Shown piece after piece: positions 56,395 through 64,000 of a stretch of 64,000 bases of DNA; within the stretch, counting starts at the first letter, position 1, and each line of letters starts with the position of its first letter. The DNA is taken from positions 80,774 to 144,773 of the forward strand of contig JAWUXM010000002.1 in NCBI GenBank assembly GCA_034111325.1, written 5' to 3'. The stretch is from Rickettsiales bacterium (lineage in GTDB: Bacteria > Pseudomonadota > Alphaproteobacteria > Rickettsiales > JABIRX01). The translations under genes and the position numbers were made by a program. The notes beneath the pieces were generated by a model. The model saw nothing but the letters and a program-made list of their open reading frames with translations. It did no database searches and was not told where the DNA came from.

Positions 56395-57954
56395 TTAAAG
56401 TGGGATGGTTTTTGATTTTGTTTTTCTTAACCACGTAACAACCATCAAGCGGGTAAGAGAGGTTGCTGAAAACATTGATGTTAAAATTCCTATTGATAGC
56501 GTTACCGCAAAACCTTTAACTGGGCCAGAGCCAAAATAGAAAAGAACTAAAGCAGCAACCAACGTCGTAATATTAGAATCAACAATAGTTTTAAAAGCGC
56601 TAGAAAAGCCTTTTTCCACAGAACCAAAAGCTGTGTTTCCAGAATCAAACTCTTCCTTTATTCGTTCAAAAATTAACACATTAGAATCAACCGCCATTCC
56701 TATTGTTAGGACGATTCCAGCAATTCCTGGCAATGTCAAAGTCGCACCAAAGATTGACAATAGGGCTGTGATAAAAACAATGTTCATGATCAAGGCAATA
56801 TTAGAGAAAATACCAAATAATCCATAGCTTAAAATCATAAATACCATTACGGCAACTATACCAATTACTACCGCTTTTCTGCCTGCCTTTATTGAATCTA
56901 GCCCAAGGCTTGGGCCAACTGTACGTTCTTCAATAATGTTAAGTGGCGCAGGCAAAGCTCCCGCACGTAAAAGTAAGGCTAAGTCATTAGCTGATTCTAT
57001 AGTAAAGCTACCAGATATTATTCCCTCACCACCTAAAATAGGCTCTCTTATAACAGGGGCGCTGATTACCTTATTATCAAAAACTATCGCAAGTGAAACG
57101 CCTACATTTTCAGTGGTTAGTTTTGCGAATTTCTTAGCCCCTAAACTATCAAATTTAAAATTCACTACTGCTTCAGCTTGGTTAAGGGTTGCCCTTGCAT
57201 CAATTAGTGACTCCCCATTTATTTCTACTTTTTTACGAACTGAGTAACGATATTTTGGTGCTCCAAACTCATCGGCTTCAATACTAGAGATTGTTCTTGT
57301 GCCTATTTCACCATAAGATTCTCTTTCAACAAGGCCGTTTTTACCCAGCAAATGAAATGATATTTTAGCAGTTTTGCCAAGTAGGTTTTTAAGTCTTTCA
57401 GGATTTCCAACCCCCGGAACTTGTAATAATATTCTATTATTGCCTTGGCTTTGAATAAGCGGCTCTTTTGTGCCTGTTTCATCAACTCTTCTTCTGACAA
57501 TTTCTATAGACTGCTCAAGAACTTTCACTCGCATATCCCGCATGAAATTATCTGAGTATCTCACTCCGACATTTTGCCCGTCACGCACAAGGATAATTTC
57601 ATTCCCCAAACTTTTACTAATAGAAGAAATATCGAGCTTCTCCTCGGCGCGGCGCAGTTCAAAAGATACGCCACTTTCATTAAGCGCAAGATTCATGTAA
57701 CCAACCCTATCTTTACGTAGGGTGTTCCTTACTTCATCTTTTAAAATGTCTAGTTTTTCTTTGAAGTAACTATCAAAATCAACCTCTAAAAGAAGGTGTG
57801 CTCCACCTTGCAAATCAAGCCCCGCATTTATTTCTGTGTTTTTAAGAAACTCAGGACGATCATTTTTATCAATAAAATTAGGAAAAGAAAACAATATTGC
57901 TAGCGCGCAAATTGTAAGAATCGACGATATTTTCCAAGTTGGGAAATTAAGCAT
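56395..57954 (-). CDS. secD: Protein translocase subunit SecD
   Basis: GLDLQGGAHLLLEV, a periplasmic P1 region, and C-terminal TM block with AGIAGIVLTIGMAVDSNVLIFERI. Confidence 0.9.
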   Translation of the reverse strand: MLNFPTWKISSILTICALAILFSFPNFIDKNDRPEFLKNTEINAGLDLQGGAHLLLEVDFDSYFKEKLDILKDEVRNTLRKDRVGYMNLALNESGVSFELRRAEEKLDISSISKSLGNEIILVRDGQNVGVRYSDNFMRDMRVKVLEQSIEIVRRRVDETGTKEPLIQSQGNNRILLQVPGVGNPERLKNLLGKTAKISFHLLGKNGLVERESYGEIGTRTISSIEADEFGAPKYRYSVRKKVEINGESLIDARATLNQAEAVVNFKFDSLGAKKFAKLTTENVGVSLAIVFDNKVISAPVIREPILGGEGIISGSFTIESANDLALLLRAGALPAPLNIIEERTVGPSLGLDSIKAGRKAVVIGIVAVMVFMILSYGLFGIFSNIALIMNIVFITALLSIFGATLTLPGIAGIVLTIGMAVDSNVLIFERIKEEFDSGNTAFGSVEKGFSSAFKTIVDSNITTLVAALVLFYFGSGPVKGFAVTLSIGILTSMFSATSLTRLMVVTWLRKTKSKTIPL

Positions 57955-58322
57955 TATTTCTTGATTTTTTGCTTCTTGTTTTTAGCCGTCGTTTTTTTAG
58001 CTTCAACTGCTTTGAATTTTTCCTGAGAAAGGTTAGCTATCGTTGATTTTAAAACTTTAACATTGATGCTATCTGCAATTTCTAAAACAACTATGTCATT
58101 TTCTTCAACCTTAAGAATCTTGCCAATAACGCCACCAGCAGTAACAACAACGTCGCCTTTTTTAACACCCTCGATCATTAATTTATGTTCCTTAACTCTT
58201 TTTTGTTGTGGACGGATCAATAAGAAATAAAAAATAAAGAATATTAAAATTATTGGCATCAAGCCAGCAAATGGTGATGTGGTTGAAGAAGTACCTATGG
58301 CCGCAAAAGCTTGAGAAATCAT
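57954..58322 (-). CDS. yajC: Preprotein translocase subunit YajC
   Basis: LIRPQQKRVKEHKLMIEGVKKGDVVVTAGGVIGKI core. Its stop overlaps the secD start. Confidence 0.85.
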   Translation of the reverse strand: MISQAFAAIGTSSTTSPFAGLMPIILIFFIFYFLLIRPQQKRVKEHKLMIEGVKKGDVVVTAGGVIGKILKVEENDIVVLEIADSINVKVLKSTIANLSQEKFKAVEAKKTTAKNKKQKIKK

Positions 58323-58450
58323 GATTTAAATTGGTTTGAGTTAGATTTTGCACACAAGATGCAAGAAGTAACTCTTTAAGCAAGTAATTATTGTAAAAAA
58401 CATAAGTTTTTCATAGGATGCTTCTCCATCAGATATAAATAATAAAAATT

Positions 58451-59104
58451 ATGAGCAAAGCCATAAAAATTTCTCCCTCTATCCTATCTGCAAATTTTGC
58501 TGATCTTGGTAATGAGGTAAAAGCCATCACAGAGGCTGGGGCAGATTATATCCATGTCGATGTGATGGATGGAAATTTCGTTCCTAATATCACAATCGGG
58601 CCCGATGTAGTTTCTGCAATTCGCCCATATAGCGAACTGGTTTTTGATGTGCACTTAATGATTAATAACCCTGAAAAATATGTAGGTAGCTTCGCTAAGG
58701 CTGGTGCAGATATCATAACTATTCACTATGAAGCTGTGGACGATTTGGATGCTGCAATATCCCAAATTCAAAAACTCGGCGTTAAAGCAGGCGTTTCTAT
58801 TGTTCCCGCCACACCCGCAAATGTTTTGGATTCTATAATTGATAAAGTAGATTTGATTTTAGTTATGACTGTTAACCCAGGTTTTGGCGGGCAAAGCTTT
58901 ATGGCGGATCAATTAGACAAAATAAAAGCGCTTCGTCAGAAAATTGAGCAAAGCGGTAGGAAAATAGACCTTGAGGTTGATGGCGGAATTAACCCCGAAA
59001 CTGCAAAACTTTGTATCCAAGCAGGTGCAAATGTCCTCGTTGCCGGCTCCGCAATCTTCAAAGGCACTGGCTCTTATAAGGAGAATATTGAGAGTTTGCG
59101 GTAA
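58451..59104 (+). CDS. rpe: Ribulose-phosphate 3-epimerase
   Basis: PSILSANFA, HVDVMDGNFVPN and MTVNPGFGGQ. Confidence 0.95.
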   Translation: MSKAIKISPSILSANFADLGNEVKAITEAGADYIHVDVMDGNFVPNITIGPDVVSAIRPYSELVFDVHLMINNPEKYVGSFAKAGADIITIHYEAVDDLDAAISQIQKLGVKAGVSIVPATPANVLDSIIDKVDLILVMTVNPGFGGQSFMADQLDKIKALRQKIEQSGRKIDLEVDGGINPETAKLCIQAGANVLVAGSAIFKGTGSYKENIESLR

Positions 59105-59399
59105 CAAGATTTATCAGAATAATTTCGATCTAAATACTTTGCAGGTAAAAGCACTTCTGGAAATGTCTGATCAAGTGTATGATACATTGCTAGCGTTGAT
59201 TTCGGTTTCGGCCAACATATCAACAAAACAATTGATGGAGTAGATCTCTTTAATTAGCAATGTTCGTAATTTAAAAAACCAATATGTTGTAGCAACCAAA
59301 TCTCTGGCGAGATTCTAAGGAAAGCGTCACAATGCAGATACAGGGGTTTGTGCAATCTGCATTATTTACTAGTAATGTGGTTAAGCGTAATTCCAAAAC

Positions 59400-62300
59400 C
59401 TAGCTTAGTTTGGATAAATCAAGCACAAGTATCTTTGTTTTTTCTTCATCTAAATCTTTATTTAATAGATCCAGCATTTCTGAAGGGGTAGTGGGAGTTA
59501 GCAAATTTTTAGGTTTTTTGATAGCTCTATTTTGACTAGTGTTAGTTCCAAACCAAAGAACGCAGTATATGCCTCTTCCTCCAACCCTGCCATCCTTTTG
59601 ATAATTTGCTAATTGCTGATAGTGGGCAGTCCACACATCTTTATGCCACTGACCCTTGATTTCTATTGGAAGCTTTAACAGGGAATGTGAGCAAAGTATG
59701 TCGCAGCGCTTATCATCTACCACATCCCCCTCTCTACCGCAAGACACGTTGAAGCTATTTAAATAATGAGATAACTCATCTATTATTAAGTCTCTACAGT
59801 GGTTCTCTACACGAGGCTCATCCTCCAATTTCCAAAATTTTGTTATACGAGTGTTATTGCCACTCCTTAAGTAGTTCTGCAATCTAACTAATTGATCAAA
59901 TACAACTGCCTGCAAATCTTCATGGTCAGAAGGTTCGCTTTGCATTAATATTTTCCTAACCCCATGAAGAGTTACGATTTTTATCTCCTCATTAGCCTTT
60001 TTTGTTTTCTGGTTGTAATGCAGATTCTTTATAAGATTTTGATATTGTTCCAATCCAGAGTAATTTACTAAATCACCTAGTTTTTTTATACCTTCGTCAG
60101 AATAATTATTTGATAAGTTTTGTATTTGCTGACGAATAAAGTCGGAAGCTTGCCGCGCATTCTTATTGCCAGAGCCGGAAGAAGGCATATCAACTGGAGG
60201 CCACAAAGAACCAAATAGTGTTATCAAAAAATAACTCTGCTCAATGCTTAAAATATTTATATTTGATTCACAGTACGAAACAAGATATTTTAGGTACCAT
60301 ATAGTTTCTTTTTTATCCTCAATATAAGTTTTTAAGGTTTTTTGACTAAATTCATAATCAACTATAAATGCAGCTCCCATCCATAGCCCTTTAATCTCTT
60401 CCCTCTCCCACTTATCTGCCTTGATTTTTCCTCTTATAATTTTTTTTAACCTCTCAGGGGCATGCTTTATGGCAATTGATAAAATCTCCTTCAGAGGATT
60501 AAATGAAACGCTGCTAAATTTGTTTAGCCAAGCAATTGATAAATCTTCTAAAATATCGTAAAATATTTCATCTCGTGCAATTTCGCATAATCCCCTAACA
60601 TGATCCACCTTTGCGCCCAGTTGTGATTCAATCAAGATGCGTAAAAATTCTTTTTTGGTCTTGTTGTTACCAAAAACTATATCTCGCAAATAGAGTTCTA
60701 GGTTTCTTATCTCAAAATTTTCTCTGAATAATTCCCATCGGCACGAGGCTAAAATAGAAAATAAGATTTCTTTTGGTTGATGATGTAGCTCATTTCTTTC
60801 TAGCAAAATAATGCCATACGCCAATAAAATCGATTCATGGAGATAAGATTTATTTAATGCATGCGCCTCGCAAATTTTATATACCGAAGGAATGTCCTCA
60901 CATTTCTTTATAAAAGAATTTAATCCCTCTAATGCAATTAACACGTTTTGTTTACCGGCAAGCTCTTCAACCCTCTCCAGAGAAGAATTGCCGCTTATTT
61001 TTGAAAAACATTCTCCTAAATATGCACAGGATATTCGGTGAATTTGTCCAAAATTAGTTCCGGATTTTATCTCAATTTGCGCTGAGTCATAACACTTATG
61101 GCGCTTTAGCTTTTCTTCTTCTTTTTCTCTTTTTGATTTTTCTTCACGTTCCTGAGATTTTCTTGCCCAGTCATTTTCAGCAGGCTTTTCTAAGGAAGTT
61201 AAATATTCCTTTAGCAAGTTATTTTGTTCAGCGTGAATTCTTACAAGCTTTAAGACTTCGCCAGAAGATGAGGATCTGACAAGACCTATGTAGCAATTAC
61301 TCCAGTTTTTATCTTTTATCTCTTCTTTAAATAAATCATCTAAATGTTTTATTATATCTTCTTCGCTAAAGGATAATCCTATACTTAGATTCTTAATTTC
61401 ATGTACAGTCATAAGTGTATTATTAGAATCACGCAAAGCTAATTTCTGAATAATATATTTTAGACCTTTATTTTCTTGAAAGTAGTTTAAACTAAATTCA
61501 TCCCATGCAGAGTGATCATGGGGACTCATATTCTCCAAACCCTTAATCCAGCTCCATAATTTTTCTGCATCAAGATTGGGAACAAGTTCTAAATATCTTT
61601 TTGTAAACTTAAAAACCCACTCCCCGATAGAACTATTATGGTTTTCATATGTGTTTTCAGAAATTGTGTGTAGTGCAGTTTCTAGTTGTTCAGAAGATAG
61701 GTTTTTCTCTATTCCATGTCCTATTCCAAACACAGGGATTTCATCATCTTTCCCGTTCAGAAAGTCTATTTTAATTAGGATATTTGCTATGTCGTTTCCA
61801 CTAAATGTAAAAGATTTATCCTGTATTATATCAATCGCTAAGCATAAAGAGTTAAAGTCACCACCGTATTCTTGAAGTTTAGATATTATTTTTTGCCAAT
61901 TGTCATATTTTTCCGATGCCAATAAAGCGCCAATTGCGGCATCTCGCTCAATGAAACTTTTTGTTTTATCAAGAATGAATTTTTCTAGTTTTTGGTAAAT
62001 AGAATCAGGAAAGAGATCAACCTGTATTGCCTCTAAAACCAGACATATTATTTGTCTGGAAGGCCCTTGAATGATCTTAACAATTTCATTATAAACCTCT
62101 GGTTCTGAGATATTTCTTTGGGTTTTTATACCTCTATTAGATATATGAAACCACGGATCTTTGTCATTTAGATACTCTAAGCACAATAAAAGATGCCTAA
62201 GTTGACTTGCATTTAATTCTGACGCATCAGCATATATTAGTATTCCGTATGGGTCTCTCTCAATTAAACCGTTAACTAAGTCCTTATTTTCTAAGGCCAA

Positions 62301-63350
62301 GAAAGTGGTTAAATGCGCATACAACCCTCTTAAAGAAGAAGGGACAATTCTATGGCTTCCATAAAATATGGTATTTAATCTTCTAGGGGAAATTGGTTTT
62401 TCAAGAAAATAAGAGATCCATTTTCCCGCTAGATATTCAGCAATTGTTCTGTGAAAAGGCTCTATTGTTATACTAGAGACAATATTAAATAATTTTGTTG
62501 ATACAGCATATTTTAAAGTCTTCAGTTGATATTCTTCGTTAGCTAAATCTTTTAATGAAGGAAGGGATGTGTTTTGCGTTCCTATATGTATTCCGCCAAT
62601 GCCAGACAAAATTAATTGAGAAAATATAAAGCCGCAGGTTTCTATTAACTTTTGATTAGAAGGGCGGTCATCACTTCCCATATCAAGGTGAATGAGATTA
62701 CTTTCTTCTACAAGAATCTCACAAAAATCATTATATAATTTATGTTTTGAATCAGGCCACCCTCCTTCCTTAACCACCTCTATGAACATTTTAAGAATTA
62801 AAGGATTGTATATCATGTCTTCTTCTACTCCACACTTTACGGACTTAGATAAGAATGTTTGGGGGGTAATATTTGTATACTTTGTTGTGATAAACTCTAT
62901 AACATCGGCATCACTAAATCTTTGAAGTATCCCTATGGTTAGTTCGCAACCCCATCTTTTTTTTATTCTATCTTCATATGTAGATTTCCAATCAACCGAT
63001 CTACAAGTAATGATAAAATTTGGCTTTTCTAAATGAGATATTTTTGACCAAACCTGATTAGATTCATATTGAGAATAAGCTGTAACCTCATCCAATCCAT
63101 CAATTATTATTTTTACGTCATTATTGCCACTTTCAACCGAAGAATAAATAGAGAGATCTGAAGCGTTGTATATGCTAGACCCACTCCTTTTTCTATACTC
63201 CTCAACCAAACAACTTTTACCCAATCCAGGTTCTCCTAAAATAATTAGCGGCCCATCCAAGTTAAGAAAATCTTCATCAGAGTATTCTTTGCTATCGTTG
63301 TTGCTATCGTTGTTTTGATTTACAAATATTTTACGCGAGATGTAATTCAT
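59400..63350 (-). CDS. Large (1316-aa) NACHT/STAND-like P-loop NTPase with helical-repeat body and C-terminal PD-(D/E)xK-like nuclease-fold module (candidate defence protein)
   Basis: Walker A is GEPGLGKS (aa 39-46) and Walker B is IIIDGLDEV. About 1000 aa follow that look helical by composition. The C-terminus reads HCRDLIIDEL...GDVVDDKRCDILCSHSLLKLPIEIKGQWHKDVW...GIYCVLWFG, giving an E...D...(E-x-K) arrangement. The gene is visibly more AT-rich than neighbouring housekeeping genes. Confidence 0.7.
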   Translation of the reverse strand: MNYISRKIFVNQNNDSNNDSKEYSDEDFLNLDGPLIILGEPGLGKSCLVEEYRKRSGSSIYNASDLSIYSSVESGNNDVKIIIDGLDEVTAYSQYESNQVWSKISHLEKPNFIITCRSVDWKSTYEDRIKKRWGCELTIGILQRFSDADVIEFITTKYTNITPQTFLSKSVKCGVEEDMIYNPLILKMFIEVVKEGGWPDSKHKLYNDFCEILVEESNLIHLDMGSDDRPSNQKLIETCGFIFSQLILSGIGGIHIGTQNTSLPSLKDLANEEYQLKTLKYAVSTKLFNIVSSITIEPFHRTIAEYLAGKWISYFLEKPISPRRLNTIFYGSHRIVPSSLRGLYAHLTTFLALENKDLVNGLIERDPYGILIYADASELNASQLRHLLLCLEYLNDKDPWFHISNRGIKTQRNISEPEVYNEIVKIIQGPSRQIICLVLEAIQVDLFPDSIYQKLEKFILDKTKSFIERDAAIGALLASEKYDNWQKIISKLQEYGGDFNSLCLAIDIIQDKSFTFSGNDIANILIKIDFLNGKDDEIPVFGIGHGIEKNLSSEQLETALHTISENTYENHNSSIGEWVFKFTKRYLELVPNLDAEKLWSWIKGLENMSPHDHSAWDEFSLNYFQENKGLKYIIQKLALRDSNNTLMTVHEIKNLSIGLSFSEEDIIKHLDDLFKEEIKDKNWSNCYIGLVRSSSSGEVLKLVRIHAEQNNLLKEYLTSLEKPAENDWARKSQEREEKSKREKEEEKLKRHKCYDSAQIEIKSGTNFGQIHRISCAYLGECFSKISGNSSLERVEELAGKQNVLIALEGLNSFIKKCEDIPSVYKICEAHALNKSYLHESILLAYGIILLERNELHHQPKEILFSILASCRWELFRENFEIRNLELYLRDIVFGNNKTKKEFLRILIESQLGAKVDHVRGLCEIARDEIFYDILEDLSIAWLNKFSSVSFNPLKEILSIAIKHAPERLKKIIRGKIKADKWEREEIKGLWMGAAFIVDYEFSQKTLKTYIEDKKETIWYLKYLVSYCESNINILSIEQSYFLITLFGSLWPPVDMPSSGSGNKNARQASDFIRQQIQNLSNNYSDEGIKKLGDLVNYSGLEQYQNLIKNLHYNQKTKKANEEIKIVTLHGVRKILMQSEPSDHEDLQAVVFDQLVRLQNYLRSGNNTRITKFWKLEDEPRVENHCRDLIIDELSHYLNSFNVSCGREGDVVDDKRCDILCSHSLLKLPIEIKGQWHKDVWTAHYQQLANYQKDGRVGGRGIYCVLWFGTNTSQNRAIKKPKNLLTPTTPSEMLDLLNKDLDEEKTKILVLDLSKLS

Positions 63351-63499
63351 GTCCTCATTTTGATTTTTTATTTAAGATAAACGGCGCAATGCTATGTGAT
63401 TATTAATAATTTTCAAAATATTGCCTAAGCCCTTTTCTTCCCACTCCCCACTAAACTCAGGAAGCCTCAATTTTAAAATGTTATTTTTTGCTTTAATAT

Positions 63500-64000
63500 T
63501 CATTTAATGTTTTTAATTTTCTCTTCTAATTGATCTAACTCTTTCAAATCTTCGTCATCAGCTAGCTTGGCATCAAATGCTTTTCTTTTTAAGTCAAAAT
63601 CTTCATAGATTTCTTTAACTTCTTTTTCCATTTGGGCATTACTAATTTTGCCAGAATTTTGAAGAAGATTCATGTCGTTAGATTGTAAAATGCGATCAAC
63701 ATTTTCTTGCCAAAATTTCATAATAATATCCTTGCGGCTTTTTGCTCTAAGCTCTGCTGTTTCTAAGAAAATTGTTACTAAACGATTTAAAATATCTAAC
63801 TCTTCTGCTGATAAATAATTTTTGGCAATAATAATATCTTGCTTTCTAACAACGCCACCTTGCCAAGAAGTTAGTGCCATATTGGGTTTATTAGCATCTG
63901 CTCTATTAAGAATTATTTCTGCGGCAGTTTTATTGGTAACAGCATATAAAAGTTTATTTTGCGTCCCGGCAAAGAACATTTGAGTTGCTTTATCACTTTT
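63500..64000 (-). CDS. RhuM family protein, partial (N-terminus beyond right window edge)
   Basis: FFAGTQNKLLYAVTNKTAAEIILNRADANKPNMALTSWQGGVVRKQDIIIAKNYLSAEELDILNRLVTIFLETAELRAKSRK matches the conserved C-terminal half of RhuM-family proteins. The frame stays open upstream of the track's Met to position 64000. Confidence 0.8.
   Translation of the reverse strand, partial: KSDKATQMFFAGTQNKLLYAVTNKTAAEIILNRADANKPNMALTSWQGGVVRKQDIIIAKNYLSAEELDILNRLVTIFLETAELRAKSRKDIIMKFWQENVDRILQSNDMNLLQNSGKISNAQMEKEVKEIYEDFDLKRKAFDAKLADDEDLKELDQLEEKIKNIK

Noticed and set aside
59105-59243. Tail of the 90-aa ORF 58971-59243 beyond the rpe stop (…MSDQVYDTLLALISVSANISTKQLME), as a possible remnant of an HTH regulator
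   Set aside because: The ORF mostly overlaps rpe out of frame. The free part is about 45 codons with only a vague HTH-like feel, which is insufficient evidence for a gene or pseudogene.

Overview
This is an AT-rich chromosomal segment, probably from an alphaproteobacterium. That inference rests on the rsmG-parA-parB block, the rpsP-rimM-trmD-rplS block, an ExoD-family gene, an AsmA-family gene and E. coli-like initiator tRNA. The scattered operons and many short palindromic repeats suggest an intracellular Rickettsiales- or Holosporales-like lifestyle, but I cannot verify the taxon. Most of the window is housekeeping: purH, typA, def, bioF/bioB, gltX, leuC, lipA, sodB, pheT, ispG, secD/yajC, rpe and a polyamine cluster. 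It is origin-proximal centromere territory, with six ParB-binding parS sites (TGTTTCACGTGAAACA) between 2.0 and 35.1 kb. Two visibly more AT-rich accessory loci stand out. (1) At 27.2-31.3 kb, next to tRNA-fMet, lie a RhuM-N/Doc-type Fic fusion gene bracketed by parS sites, a 90-aa orphan, and a KAP-family P-loop NTPase. The KAP unit is bounded by an 18-bp imperfect direct repeat of the tRNA 3' end. The orphan and the KAP gene carry related upstream hairpins with compensatory substitutions. (2) At 59.4-64.0 kb, a RhuM-family gene precedes a 1316-aa NACHT/STAND-like NTPase with a C-terminal PD-(D/E)xK-like module. This is my best candidate for an undescribed single-gene defence system. Two paralogous ~55-nt promoter-to-terminator units look like sRNA genes. 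Their CU-rich 5' region is perfectly complementary over 18 nt to the RBS region of an orphan Panacea (DUF4065) antitoxin-like gene. There are also several families of MITE/RPE-like repeats, and two genes missing from the ORF track: a 559-codon partial gene at the left edge and a 47-aa lipoprotein. All functional calls come from motif recognition by eye; no searches were run.
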